Assembly (NCBI GenBank): GCA_028534125.1
Contig: CM052817.1
Span: forward strand, 104,596,001 to 104,660,000
DNA length: 64,000 bases
Origin: Lama glama
Lineage: Eukaryota
Direction of reading: 5' to 3'
Part shown: positions 1 through 14,203 of the stretch, piece by piece
How positions within the stretch are numbered: the first letter of the stretch is position 1
How the letters are laid out: each line of letters opens with the position of its first letter
Translations under genes and position numbers: made by a program
Notes under the pieces: generated by a model
What the model was told of the DNA's origin: nothing
The model's database searches: none
The model's input: the letters and a program-made list of their open reading frames with translations, nothing else

Positions 1-3000
1 GCAATGCAGTCCCTATAAATGTTTCAATAAATCCCATAGACAGTGATGATCTTTAGATTTTGTCTAAAGGCAAAGAGGCAAGGGAGTGGGGACTTTGACC
101 CCACTTCCCCCAACACGGAATAAGGGCTGTTCTTTGGAGAGGGTGTCAACTGGGTAAGGCAAGGACAAGTCCTGACTCAGCAGTCAACAGCCCTGTGGTT
201 GGGGAATGAGTGTCTTGGACCTGAAGAGGGGGCAGCTGGGGGGAGGTGTATCACACCTACTATAATGTCAGATTCTTTTGACCCCATTGTGACAGTGAAC
301 AAAGTGAGCCACACAGCTTGAGGAGGTTGCCTAGAGACACTCTTGCTTGTGATGGAGATGAAGGCAGAGCTCATCCTTGAAAGGTTTGTTAAAAAGAAAC
401 TTATTAAGCTGAGAGAGGCTTTCAAATCAGTGCAATGAAAATTCATCAAGTTAACTTTTAAAAATCATTCTTTGCTCCTGACAGTGATTTATGCTTGACA
501 GAACCAATTTAATTTATTTTTTAAATGAAAATTGTGTTACTGAAAATTAAGCTGTGTATTTAATGGGAAAAAACGTATATGCCTAGCCTTTTGGGATAAT
601 CTTTATATAAGTCTATTATATTAGCCAACAGGAGGGAGTTTGATGAAAGTTACAGAGAGATTCTCAGGCTGATGGTAGATGGTTTCTGGAAGGAAGAAAT
701 GGGCGAGATAAATCAATTTAAAGAATAATGAAGTCAGTCCAGTTAATTAAGGGTAGATTGGAGAAACAAATCTCAATTAATTAATATATCCAAAGCTGAT
801 GGTTGAGCTTGTGCTACTTTCTTAAAATATAAATTTCTTTGTCCTCCTCCATTCCCATCCCCCACCCCCTCCTCAGTCCCCAAGTTGTGGACTGGGACCC
901 GGGAACATACATTTTAAAATAATCATTTCCTAAAGTTTCTGAGGAAGGCAATTGTAAGTGGTGAAGTACTGTCAAAAAAGCATTGCTCTCAGATTTAGAA
1001 ACTAATCATTAAATATGAATAACCATCAGCTTCTCAGAGTTGAAATTAATAAATCTTGAAGCTTAGGTAAAACACTTAGCTAGAATCCTAAAAGTGTATT
1101 TTAGAATTACCTCAAATGTCAATCACAATAATTACCAAATCTAGTGTTTTGGTTACTACAAAATAGAATTGACATTTTTCAAAGAGAAATTATTTCTTTT
1201 AAAAATAATTTATATAATGATACATAATATATAAATTAATTTATATAGTATATTATTTATATAATATATGCATATAAATTTTTTTTCCAAGAAAGAAGGC
1301 CCACACACTGACCGTTACCACCCCCTCTCAGCCCAGGTGCTTTTCTCCTTCAGCGTCATCTGCAGACTATGCCTTAAGTTGGAGGAAATTTCACAGTGAG
1401 ATGCCTCTTTTCAGGGCATTACAAATTGATCTTTCCCTTCTTCAGTACTGGTTCTCCAGCTCCCTGCTGATGGTAAGAATGAGATCCTCTTGACTCCAGA
1501 CTTGATTAGTAAGAAGAATATAACTGGAAAACTAACTGGAAGGGTTTCTGTCAGTAGATTCAGATTTGACTGGCTGTGAGGAAACGTACCTTGAGTCTAT
1601 GAAACTCCCCTCTGTTCCCAGCTACTGCATTGCTCCTCACTGTGCCCAGTTGAGAGCAATCAGGTGCGCCCCAGCAGGGCCATTTTCCAACTTAGATCTA
1701 AGTTATTTTCATGGCATTGCAGCTCTGTTTTATGATGTGGGAAGGGTGTTGTGCAAGCAAATGTAAGATTTCATAAAACGTGTAAGCGAAGCTTTAATGT
1801 ATATGTTAGAAGATGATGATTTATGCATACTTTAGCATTTAGCAAGTGGTATGGAATGCCCTATTGTCCTTGTCAATGAAAATAATGTAACAATGAAAAT
1901 GACATAAATGACCAGATACACAGAGAGAGCAAATAAAATTACACAATTGAAACTCGCCTGCAAAAATATAATATCAGAGAGCTTACTCAAGATATGATCC
2001 CTCCAAATCAGTATCTGTAACTGAAGTAGAATAATGTGCCATGACAGTGTCAAGTTAAAAATAAGTCATTTTTTTCTCTACATAATATGATCTGAAAGAG
2101 GACTACTTTATTACACAGAATAAAAAATAGGTGTTTTCCTTTCAAGGACTAAAATCCATAGAATTAGTTAACCAAGGGTCCAGCTGCATGTAAAAAATTG
2201 TTACTAATATTGATGAGAATTTTTGAAGATAAATGTTGGATATTTACTATTTATTTAAATGTAGAAATATATACAACTTCCTCTATTTTAAATATAGAAC
2301 ATAAATGTTTATTAGTAATGTAATAAAAACAGACGGAGAGTATTTTCCAAGATGTATTTTATGTTAAATAGTCTATTTATCTGATTTGCTTTACACACAG
2401 TTGAAGATGATTAAAGCTGGCTCATACATAACAGGGAAGGGAGTGCTTCAGACCACAATGCAAAAGAGTGACTACAGAAAACTCTGGTGTTGGGAAAAGG
2501 ATCAAGTATGTATACATAGTACCTGTCATGGGAATTGACTGTGGTATTAGAGGAAATTGTCCACAATAACATTATTAAGAAATATTAAAGAAAAATAAAA
2601 TAAACTGGAAAAATACAACCAAATAAAAGTAATAAGTAATTTGTTACCTGAGTGCCTTTTCATTTCAGGGTTACTACTGTGTATCATAACAATACGATGC
2701 ATGTTTGCATGTGTGTGCGTGTGATATTCACTTGCTAAATTTTATAAATTTTTTTTATTGGACTGCAATGTTAAAATATCCATCCATGCTCAGTTTCATA
2801 ATTTAGTGTTGATGGTTAACTGCTCACATAATGTCATTTGCTACTATCAACTTCAAAATATCAGTGATATTTCCACTTCTTTTGCATCTTATCCCGAGGT
2901 GAATGAGAAAGAGTACAGAAAAGAAGGGGGTAGAAGTTGAATTAATGGGAATGTAGGATATAAAATAATAAAGAAAAACAAAGATGCCCTAATTCTGTCA

Positions 3001-3089
3001 ATTGCGATGAAGTTCACAAGGCACAGTCACTCCCACTGTAGCAAAGGAAAACACCAGGTAAGTGACAAAAATCATAGTTTTTAAAAACC

Positions 3090-4150
3090 TGTCAGAGACT
3101 TCAGCTTCTGGCCATAATGGAATAACAGTGACTGGATTTACCCTGCCACCTGAAATGACTAAAAATATTGTACAAATTATATAAAGTGATGGCTTTCATG
3201 AGAGTGGACGTCAGTCAAATAAAGATAGTGATGCAAAGAGATAGAAAACAAAATGAAGTGAGCCCAATAATTACGTCAGCTTGCTGTCTTGAGAGGTCCA
3301 GGATGAATTTCAGTGAGAGTGAAGCCAGGTGGCTTATGGGAGACTCTTTGAGGTGAGGAAGCAGAGTTAAGAACCCAGTGACACCAAAGAGGCTAGAGTT
3401 TACAAGACACAGTGTAATAAAGGAGAGAGCTGCACACAGAGTGAATTATAGATCTGTGCAGATCCCCCCTAGTTGAGTATTTAGCTTGGTACTGATTAGT
3501 GAATGCATGTGAGGAAGCTACTCATTGTTGAGCAAAAACCATCAGAGGGTGGGAGGACCAACGCTCATCACTCACATAGAGATGGGAACAGTGACACTAG
3601 TCAGCTTGAAGCCTTTACAATTCATGGAGCATTGAGAAGATTATTCAGGAAGGCCTCGTCTCAGTAGTGGGGAATAAATATTCCTAGATTAAATGCTGCT
3701 CTGATTATGCCTACTAAATGATAGAAACAAGACCCAAACATGAAGAAAACTTCATCAAGACATACTTCAAATTGTTCAAAAAAAACTTAAAGAAAAATCT
3801 TAAAAGCAGCCAGATAAAAATAACGTGCTATGTACAGAAAAACAAAGATAGGGATAACAGCCAATTTCTCATCAGAAATGATGCTATCAAGAAGACAATG
3901 GAGCAACATTTCTAAAGAATTGAAAGGAAAAAAAACCTGTCAATCTAGAATACCATACTCAGTCAAAATATCTTTCAAAAATGAAAGAGAAATAAAAATC
4001 TTTTCAGATACAGAAAGGTTGAAATAATTAATCACCAGCAGTTTCTTTACAAGAAATGTTAGAGGAACTCTTTCAGACAGAAAGAAAATTACATCAGACG
4101 GAAATATGAATCAGTTGAAATGAATAAAGAGCATCTAAAATGGTAACTTA
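3090..4150 (+). mobile_element. Old L1 (L1M-type) 5'UTR and ORF1 C-terminal remnant
   Basis: ORF 3830-4027 ITANFSSEMMLSRRQWSNISKELKGKKTCQSRIPYSVKISFKNEREIKIFSD resembles the L1 ORF1p C-terminal domain. Confidence 0.85.
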
Positions 4151-7100
4151 TAGAAACGTATCTGAAGAAATCAATGAGAGATGTTCAAACAGATTCATAG
4201 ATAAGTAACGTAACCATTGCATCATATTTAAAAAATAAAAAAAGAAAAGAAGGAATAAAATAACCTAAGTGTCTAATGATATGAGATTAGTTAAATAAAA
4301 TGCAGGTCAGTCATACAAAGTAGTATGTGTAGCCATTAAAGATATTTTTGGAACATTATATTTAATGTTACCCCAAAATGTTCAGATTTATAAATGAAAA
4401 AGTTTTCAAGACAATTCTGTAGTATGATTCCAGGTCTTTTAAATTGCAAATGTGAATTTATTTACACTCAGAAAAATATTCTCAGTTTTCATATTCATGA
4501 CCTGTTTTATTGCTTTTTAATTATCTCAATCTAGGTTTTTTAGAATAATTTGGGATTTAAATAAGTAAATCATTAAAAAAAATCTAAAAAAAAAAAACGT
4601 TATCAGACAATTAGAGACATCCTCTCTGCCCTGGAGCCCATAAAATTATTCAAATTAGCCAACCCACAGGGAGCCTGGGAAGGCTAGCTCACCCCACCCT
4701 ACTTGCCACATATAAAGTGTCACCTGCAGCTCTAGCTTGCTATTACTTGGTTCCTGAGTGCAACTCCCTTCTGTGGACCTGCCTGGCAGCCTTATCTCAT
4801 TTGGAATTATAACATAACATCTTGCCATTTATCTACCTTAGTGTCATTATGTTGTATTCCCACCATCAAAAAGAAACTTTAGATCTTTTAAAACAGAAAG
4901 ATTACAGGTACAGGGAATACTGTTCATGCTTCTCTAGACCCACTTTTTACCATTTGCACTTTGCTAAGTACCTCGGACACTGACTGGTATGGATGGCATC
5001 AATAGAGTCTCTTGCCTTCGGCCCCTAGTTGGATTCAGCTCAGGGCACACACTCAGGAGACTGGAGAATTTGAAGCAATTAAAGTTCAAGTACTCACTGC
5101 TGTGGCTCTTTCCCTGTAGGGCTGCTGCAGACTGGAAGTTTTCATTCCTCCTAAGAGCTGTTATTGCTAGCTATGGGGTACTGCATTATCCCTGATTTCT
5201 CAGAATCTTGCTCATGTCTTTGTAAAAATTCCACTTATTAGAGTAACTTCATGTACCTTGTTTTTAATACACCATCTTTGTCTTTCCAGGAACATGACTA
5301 ATACAATAATGCTTTAGTTATATAATTTGAACACATATTAAAATGATTAAATATTTTTGTAATACTTGGCAAATAGAATTCCAAATATTCTAAATTAGCT
5401 TTTCCTAAGCAGTTTTCCTTGGTACTCTAAGGATCCATAAGATTCTAATAAGTATTGTTTTTAAAATGGGAAATTTATTTTGGAAATATACTTACTAGCA
5501 TTTCACAAAAGGGTATTAGCATATCTAAAAAAATAATTTGCCCCAAAAGAGCTCTGAATGATTTTCTAATGTTAGGTATACAATATTCCTCCTTTTTGGC
5601 TATTGTTGTAAGTTTGCTGGTGTTCAGTTGTTTAAAAATAAAGCTTTCTCTCTATTAAAATATAGAAACATAATAGCTATCACATATGTTGGGGGCTAGC
5701 TTTATAATGATGGTATTAAATACATTTCCTCTGTATTAATCCACCCAACATCACAATAAGGTCCCACCACCACATTTTACAAATGGGACTCAGTGAAAAT
5801 AAATAAATTGTACAAATATGGCTAGTGATTAAGTAGTGGAAAAGGATTCAACCTTATTTCTGTTTGATTCTGAAGACTATCTTATAATGTAGCTTCAATT
5901 GTAAGAGAAATCTGTAAAGTTTTCTTTCTGAATGTGAAATTAAGTCTAAACTATTTCAATATTCAAGTTCTTTTTTGGAGATTTGGATCATTTCTAAGCC
6001 CGCTCCTTTTTGCTATTCTTTTTAATTCAAAAGGAAAACGAATATTGAATTGAAGAGAAAATGTAAGGGCAACAAAATGATTAAATATCCAAAGTTTGAC
6101 AGCTGACTGTTGGCATTATTAATTCCCCAAGCCTTGTTATCCAGGCTTCTTTAAATAATTTAATGTGAAATGAGACTCTTAAGATAAACAGCTGTTTTAG
6201 CTTGTGGTACTTATATATTAACAATTAATTGCTATTAATTGATTGGGTTGATATTAATAGCACCTATTTATTGATATTAACTGATATTAGGCAGAAAATT
6301 ATATAAAGAATAACTTAAAAATAGTAGTCTCAGATCAGATTTGTCAAAATTTACAACAGCCACCAAAATTTACATCAGGAAATGGAAAACTTTTTGCAAA
6401 GTTTCTTCTTCTGTTTGCTGAGACTCTGACGGGGTTAAATATCAGACAAGCGTCTGTCTTGCTTGTGACTAATCAAGGTCCATAAATATTTTAATTTACT
6501 CCTGTATCCACTTGTCCTCTTGTGAGGACATGGATAGCCCGCCATCACCTGACCATTGTGAGTGGAAAAATACAGGAACCAAAGGTCAAATTCAGAACTA
6601 TGTTTCTTTTGGACACCAGTAGCTGATCTACTTTGCTCATGAAGCTAGATCCCAACTTAAGCTTCTCATCTACCATGCTGTGTATCTGTGTCTCAGAAAA
6701 TGTATTTTTCCCTCTTTCACTAACGCTTATGTTTAATCAAGCCTAGCCTGATGCATCCTTTCTCTTACCTATCTATTTATGTCTACCTTGTGGCTCTCTC
6801 TTTTCTGCTGCATTTTAAACAGAAGCCAACAATGTAACTCATTTCCAACACTCCTTAATTAACTTCCAGTTGACCTTCCCATCAAGGAGTCGCCACAGTG
6901 ACCTGAATAAAGCACTTAGTCATGCTAATTCAATATTCTCCTGAATTAGGCTGAATCTGTCTTCGGTGAAATTTGATGCAAGAACATTGCATGTATAGAA
7001 GCGTCTCTGCAGTCTCCACACTCTTCTGTAGAGTAATTTTGGATTCAGTAACAAAGTTTAATATTTACTTTGCTGCCTGTATTTCTTCCACTAAATTGAA

Positions 7101-7174
7101 GATGTAGAATAAGCTGTCCAGAAGCTATGAATCTAAATTTCTAGTTCTCACCAAGTCCCCATTTCCACTAAGGG

Positions 7175-7951
7175 TTTTTTTTTTTTAAACACCTTTATTG
7201 TGGTATAGTTCCTGTACAATAAACTACACATATTTCAGATGTACACTTTGATGAACTTTGATAGATGTATACACCCAAGAAACCATCACTACAATCAAGA
7301 TAGCTAACATTTCCATCACTTCTCAAAAGGTGCAAATTTCAAATTCCCAATTTATCCTTCCACCTCTTTTACCCCCTGGGAACCATAAGTTTGTTCTCTA
7401 AGTCTGTGAGTCTGTTTCTGTTTTGTAGACAAGTTCATCTGTGTCCTTTGTAAAGATTCCACGTGTAAGCAATATCATATGGTATTTTTCTTTCTCTTCC
7501 TGACTTACTTCATTTAGAATGACAATCTCCAGGTCCATCTATGTTGCTGCAAATGACACTATTTTATTCTTTTTTATGGCTGAGTAGTATTCCATTCTAT
7601 ATATATACCACATCTTCTTTATTCAGGCATTTGTTGATGGACATTTGGGTTGTTTCCATGTCTTGGCTATTGTAAATAGTGCTGCTGTGAACATTGGGGT
7701 GCATGTGTCTTTTTGAATTATATTTTTCTCTGGATATATGTCCAGGAGTGGGATTGATGGAACATAGAGTAAGTTTATTTTTGATTCTTTTAAGGAACCT
7801 CCAAACTGTCTTCCATAGTGGCTGCATCAATTTACATTCCCACCAGCAGTGTAAGAGGGTTCCCTTTTCTCCACACCCTCTCCAGCATATATTGTTTGTG
7901 GACTTTTTAGTGATGGCCATTCTGACTGGTGTGAGGTGATATCTCATTGTA
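7175..7951 (-). mobile_element. 5'-truncated L1 (ORF2 C-terminus, 3'UTR, polyA) with TSD
   Basis: ORF 7597-7947 [11 protein letters not shown]...[20 protein letters not shown] is the L1 ORF2 Cys-rich end. PolyT at 7175; TSD cactaagg at 7166 and 7952. Confidence 0.95.
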
Positions 7952-9189
7952 CACTAAGGTTTTCTATAAGCTTAGTTTGACAATTGCCAAATCTGATCTC
8001 TTTTTTTTTTGGATTAAGGATCAGCGTTTCTGTCCTCCCCAGATGGTTATTATATAGCCAAGGAATGAAAACTAAGAGAAGAACTCTTTGTTGATGATAT
8101 GATGTCACAGCTGTGCTGGATTAGAAGAGACTTAAAAACTGATCATTTTATTAGCATGTGGGTCCTATTAGAATTTCCCCAAGATCATATTCAGAGATAT
8201 TAACATGTCAATAAAAGGTAGAATTCATTAGAACATGCTTTCCAGAAGTTCAGATAAACCAACATACACAAGGTTTTCATTTATTCAACATTCCACTATA
8301 TGCCAGGCATTTATTTCCCACAAAAGACTCATTATATACCCAAATGTCTGGGTATGAAGTGTATGTTGTCTTTTTTTTTTTTCATACCAAGCATTCACTT
8401 TTGAACTTAAGGTTCTGATATATCAGAATGTGAAAAAAATTTAATGGGTAAACATAAATTCAATCTTACCACTTCGGTAGACTTTCACTTTTCTAATTAC
8501 ATTAACCTAGGTTGTCTCTTTCTCCTACTCTTTTCTTACCTTTTTGAAAAGTGAGAAACAAACAGGAATTTGGGGAAAAGATAAAAAGACCATGTTTTGT
8601 AGAAGCTTAAACTGGATAAACTATACAGACCAGGATAGAGTAATGTTGAAACTTGTCTGCAAAGTTTCATCCCCCATTTTGGGTCCCTCTTAAAACCAGA
8701 CTCCCATCTATTGTAAGAGAAGCAATTTCATAGGGGTCAATATGATTTTGAACCTAATTATGAGCTTTCACATCACAAGATCATCAGGAAGTTTTATATC
8801 AGGAAATAATATTTAGTCACATTAAAACTGACATGTTTTTGAAATAATTTTGAAAGCAATATATACTTAATAGTATTTCATGCACTGAAATACTGAGAAA
8901 ATTGTAGAAATCAAAACCAATTATCTGAAACAGTTATCCATTGAAGTTTCCTACTTCAAACAGCCCTGCCCAGGCTCCAGTACCAGAACTAGCAACAGAT
9001 TATAAAAATGTCCTTCTTAATTCTCTGGAGAACCCTCATCACATTCCTCTAAGATGCTGTAATGACACTGCTTTACATATATTTGCTCAGAATCTTTTCT
9101 ATTTGCATATAATTTTACTCTTTTAAATGAAATCACGGATTCTCACTTAAAATGTACAACTCTGCACCTCAGGCAAAAAAGGAGTCTCA

Positions 9190-9860
9190 ACTCTATTTTC
9201 AGTTTTTTTGAGGAAACTCCATCCTGTTTTCCAGAGTGGCTGTATCAGTTTACATTCCCACCAACACTTCAGAAGGGTTCCCTTTTCTCCACATCCTCGC
9301 CAACAATGATTACTTCTTCTTTCTCTCTCTCCTTTTTTTTTAAACTGAAGTATAGTCAGTACTTACAATGTGCCAATCTCTGGTGTACAGCATAATGTTT
9401 CAGTCATATGTATACATACATATATTTATTTTCATATTCTTTTTTATTATAGGTTATTACAAAATATTGAATATAGTTCCCTATGCTAGACAGAAGAAAT
9501 ATTTTTTTATTCATTTTATATATAGTGGTTGTATCTACACATCTCATACTCCCAATTTATTCTTTCCTACCCCATTTCCCCAGGTAACCATACATTTGTT
9601 TACTATGTCTGTGAGTCTGTTTCTGTTTTGTAGATAAGTTCATTAGCATATTCTTTTATTTCTTTTTTTTTTGTAGATTCTACATATGAGTGATATCATA
9701 TGGTATTTTTCCTCTCTCTTTCTGGCTTACTTCACTTAGAATGACAATCTCCATGTCCATCCATGTTGCTGCAAATGGCATTATTTTATTCTTTTTATGG
9801 CTGAGTAGTATTCCACTGTAGAAAAATACCATAGCTTTTTGATAATAGCCATTCTGATAG
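9190..9860 (-). mobile_element. L1 fragment with a younger L1 3' end (about 9333-9835) nested inside
   Basis: Older L1 text ...catcctcgccaaca... resumes as tttttgataatagccattctga after the insert, which begins with polyT and tgaagtatagtcag. Confidence 0.85.
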
Positions 9861-10169
9861 TTGACAGTATGATCTTTACTAGCATTTTGGTAATGTGAAT
9901 TTCCCTTTATGAAAAGATTAACTCTGCTTATTAATATCTATTAGTCTTCCTACTAAAAGGATCTTTCTTATTTATTTAAAAGAGTAAATTTTTTAGTATT
10001 AAGAAATTTAAGACGTAGTTAAACATGGTTTATTTTTTGACCTCGGTTCTTCCTCTTGGTGCCTATCTTTTGGCTATTCCACTGCTTATTGGGCAGGTGA
10101 CAATTCTTAACCTTTGGTTCAGAGATACTCTTGAGTTGATGATTTATGTGTAATTTTTATTTTTTCTTC

Positions 10170-10272
10170 TGGTTTATTATTATTTTTTTAAATAAACATA
10201 CTGGGAATTGAATGTAGGACCCTGACCATGCTAAGCATATGCTCTACCACTGAGCTATAGCCTCCACCTCCC
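10170..10272 (-). mobile_element. tRNA-derived SINE (Vic-1-like)
   Basis: gggaattgaatgtaggacc...atgctaagcatatgctctaccactgagctata is the reverse complement of a tRNA-like head with A and B boxes. Confidence 0.85.
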
Positions 10273-10667
10273 TCTTCTTATTTAAATCTCATCATTATTT
10301 CTCATTGCTCTTGGGAAAATTTCCCAACCCCGTAATATAACTCAAGCTCATCTAGTATTTAGCTGCCAACCACATGCTGGCCTCATCTCCTGCTACACCA
10401 TTGCTGTAACTTGTGGACATTGCCTAGAATCATGGACACATCTTTCATTACTAATAATTCACAGTGAGTCAACAGCCTTCTTGGACTTGACAAAGCCTCA
10501 ACTTAGGACAACCAGAATGAGTAGCAATTGTAGTGGCTATTGTTGAAAACTGGCACCTCAAATATAACTAGTACAACCTGTTGATATGACAAGGCTGAAT
10601 TTATTGCTTACTGCAGGAAGGAACATCATCTCTGCAGAACATTGGAAATGTCTTGGAGAGGGGGAAG

Positions 10668-11110
10668 TGTGTTAATTAGTTAGGGCTACTGGAACATAGT
10701 ACGACAAATTCGGAGGCTTACATAGCGGAAATGTATTGTTTCACGGCTCTGGAAGCTAGAAGTCTGAGATTAGGGTATGGACAAAGTTGTTTCCTTCTGA
10801 AAGCTGTGAGAACGCATCTGCTCCTTTTATCTCTCCTAGTTTCTGGGGTTCAGAGTTCCTCAGCTTATAAACCTATCACCTCCATCTCAGCCTTCATGTT
10901 TACATGGCATTCTCCCCGTGTGCATCTGTCCCTCAACTTTCTCTTATATAAGAACATCCATCATACTGGACTGGAGCCCACCCTAATGACCTCATTTTAA
11001 CTTAATTACCTTGGTAAAGACACTATCTCCAAGTAAAGTTAAATACAGAGGTACAAGGGGTTAGAACTTCAATATATGAACTTAGGTGGGATTCAGTTCA
11101 ACCCATGACA
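10668..11110 (-). mobile_element. MaLR LTR (MLT1-type)
   Basis: Typical motifs: gaaatgtattgtttcacggctctggaagctagaagtctgagat...ccaccctaatgacctcattttaactt...ttcaacccatgaca. Confidence 0.85.
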
Positions 11111-11419
11111 AAAAAATAAGGTCAAAACCTATTGAATATTTTTAGGTGAGTGTTTCAATGTGGGGGACTAGATTGGGATTGTATAGGGTCAAAGTATAAT
11201 AGTCCAGGAATGGAGGGAATGTCAAGGCAAGGTCTTTGAGGTATAACTTTGAAGATGATGGCTTCCATTGAAGATTTGATGGGTCTTTCAAGAAGTTCAT
11301 AGGTGAAAAATCAAACCCTTTGGTTGGGCCAAAGACTCCGAGAAAGATAAAAGTAATTCTAATGGAGACAATGGAGTAGAAGAGCCATGTTATTGTTGGC
11401 GTTTGTGGGACAGTAGTAT

Positions 11420-12015
11420 TGCTACCAGAGTTGCCACCAGACCCTGCTCAAAACTCACTCACCCTTCCCTTGAACATGAACTAACATATATCTTTAATTT
11501 ACAGGGTATGGACACAAAGAAAGGAAGTTATAGGAAGAGAAAAAGTCCAGATATCTCCAGCTAGAACCAAGATCTTACCTCCAAAAGTCCCTGAGTCTCG
11601 TACCATGCTGATTACATTAGCATGGTAATTGACACACCTACTGGTGGGCGTGACTGGGAGTCATTTGTCAAAAAGGACAGAAAAGAAGTGGTACCCTATT
11701 TCCAGAAAAGCTTTGCCTCTTTCCCAGAAAACTAAAGTATATGCTTCCCCATCATGAATCTCACTCTTACCCCCATTTTCCTTACCCCTTAAAAGCAAAT
11801 CTCTGTCACCCTTAAGGTGAGAAGTTGATCTGTGAACTAAATTCTCCCTTCTCCATTCTGTGGCCATTGAATAGATCTTGAGCTGCTTCCATCTCAACTT
11901 CAGTTTTGTTTTTGACTGTGTGAACTTGAATGGGAAGAGAACCTTCCCCAATGAGGCAGGGGCCCTCAGTCAGGCTAGAGCCCAAGGTGAGGTTCATATG
12001 ATCTAATTTGATAAG
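11420..12015 (+). mobile_element. ERV solo LTR
   Basis: Starts with tgctacc; 11815-11900 is homologous to the reverse complement of 14695-14775. Confidence 0.75.
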
Positions 12016-12591
12016 TTCCAATTCTTAGTTTTGCGGTGAGTATGGGCAAATACCTTCAGTTCTCACTCTGAAGACTAAATTTTCAGGGAAACAACCACCT
12101 CATTACACAGAGAAAAAATTTTAAACTTTTAGCTTGAGAAAATGCTTGTGTAAGCAGACTTTATTTTAAAATACTTTATTTAATTATGGAAAAGGATTAT
12201 GTCAGTTTTACTCCCTAAGGATTAACAGGAAATCCATTTCCATTAGAGTAGGCACAATCCAAAAATTAAAAAAAAACAGAAAAACACTTTTAAAGCTACT
12301 TCTGCGGATTACTTTCTGACTGATTACCAGAGGCTTCCAGCTGTGTTTGTTAATCTCCATTAACTAAAAACCTTGAATTGCGTCTGTTGCCACATGCTAA
12401 ACTCTGAAGCAAACCACTTTATAGCATCACTTCATGATTGATCAAATATGTGTCTCTTTTCTCTCTTCAATTAATGGGAATTGGAGAATCTACATTTTCA
12501 GTGCTGGTCTTCAATCAGCAGTTCCCAAAATATATTCTACTGATGCAATCAGTTTCAGTATTTAAAAAGAAATAAAAATCCTCAGTGACTC

Positions 12592-13155
12592 TGTTACCTA
12601 GTGCAAGTTCATGTACCTGACACACAGTGAGGCCAAAGAAACCAAACTATCAGAACGGGGGGCAGAGAAAGGTTTGTTGCTGGGCAAAGTAAGGAGAATG
12701 GGTAACTCATGCTCAAAATCCCCGAACTCTCTCATGGTTTTGGGGAGAAGTATTTATAGGCAAAATTTGGGGTGAGAGTTGCAGGGTGTGTGACTTTCTT
12801 CTGATTGGTTGGTGGTGAGGTCACAGGGCGATGCTCCAGGAATTTTGTGCTCAGCCTGAAGTTACCATCTTCCACCTGGGTGGGGGCCTAAATTCCTGCA
12901 GAAGGGCTCAAAGGTATTGTTAAGTGCATTTCTTGAGGAGGAACCACGGCTACGCTTTATCACTGCACTATTGTTCGTGACTGCTCCTCCCTTGTCTCTG
13001 CATTCCCTCCCTTCTCTGATTAGCAACTGATTAAATCTGCCCTTTGGAACTCAGGGAAAGTCTAGGAGGCTGAAGTCTTTTCCTGCAAATAAGAAATGGG
13101 GGACATGGAAAGGATTTGTACTTGGGAGGTCCGCCCAGGGTCCTGCTCTGTTTCA
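12592..13155 (-). mobile_element. ERV1-type solo LTR with 4-bp TSD ACTC
   Basis: actc|TGTTACC...GTTTCA|actc; same family as 16475-17041, in the opposite orientation. Confidence 0.9.
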
Positions 13156-13239
13156 ACTCCTCACAGTCTAGAGCTTTGTTCTGTGGAAGACTAGCATCAT
13201 TGGGGATATTGACTACTAGTTTGTACAATGTTCTCAAAG

Positions 13240-13883
13240 TTTTACCCCAAACTTGGGTTTGCTTCTTGGTGGGTGCCGAGCCAAAAGATATAACCAAGCC
13301 ATAGATCAAGAGAAGGGGTGGTTTATTCCTTGCAGGAAGTAAAGAGAACACCAGAGGTCTTTCTCAAAGCAGTGTCACCCTGAATAGCAATACCGGGAAA
13401 GTTTTAAGCAGACGGTATAGACATACTCATGAAGGGGCTTGAGCGGAGGAGAATTCAGTATAGAATTAGGGCAAAGGTTGACAGAGTCCACGCTTTAGTT
13501 GATTGAAGTCACCAGTCAGAAAAGGTCAGCATCATCATTCCTCAAGTTCTAGTTGATCTGGTGGTTGAGCGTTTGAGGGGGTTTGAATTTTGCAAAACAA
13601 CTCAAGAAAGTGCTTTGGGCTAATCTTTACCATTGAAACAGAACTGGGAGTCTTAGAACTGATGTATTGTCTTTGCTATTGTTGCTTCTATTGCCTGATA
13701 ACAGTCATTTATTTCTGCATTCTTTTGTTCCCTCAAGATCATTAATTACTGAGACCTGTTTAAGGGGCAGGCATGGTGGCCAGGCTTAGATCACTAAGTG
13801 GCTTAGACGTAAAATGGCTTCTTTTATGTCAAGAAAGTCATGCCTGGTTCTCTTTCTCTAGAAACTTCCCCTATCTGCTTACA
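13240..13883 (-). mobile_element. ERV1-type solo LTR with 4-bp TSD AAAG
   Basis: aaag|ttttacc...gcttaCA|aaag; TTTATT (reverse poly(A) signal) at about 13322. Confidence 0.8.
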
Positions 13884-14203
13884 AAAGATCAAATAAATTT
13901 AGAGAAAATTAGATCAAACAAAGTGAAAAAACTTTCTTAACTGTAGGTGTCACAGATCTTTTAACATGCTAATAGATATTGTGAACCTTTAAAATAGGGT
14001 ATGGCATCTCTAAAACTCTTTCCCTCCAGGTCCCCCTTTTTAAACAGAACATCCTATGGACTAGGTGTTTTTTATTCCCGACAAGAAAATGAGCACTGGT
14101 GAACACTGCCTTAGTTTAATATATCTGCCAACCACCATTTTTCTTCCCTATTTTGTGCTTAAAAATGTAACCTCTCATATTCCCATCCCAATACATCCAT
14201 TAA

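Noticed and set aside
177..449. Minus-strand 90-aa ORF considered as an NPY5R or other GPCR fragment; plus-strand interrupted frame MSDSFDPIVTV... considered as a pseudogene
   Set aside because: No Y5 or class A GPCR motifs. I do not recognise the plus-strand frame, and a blastx search would be needed.
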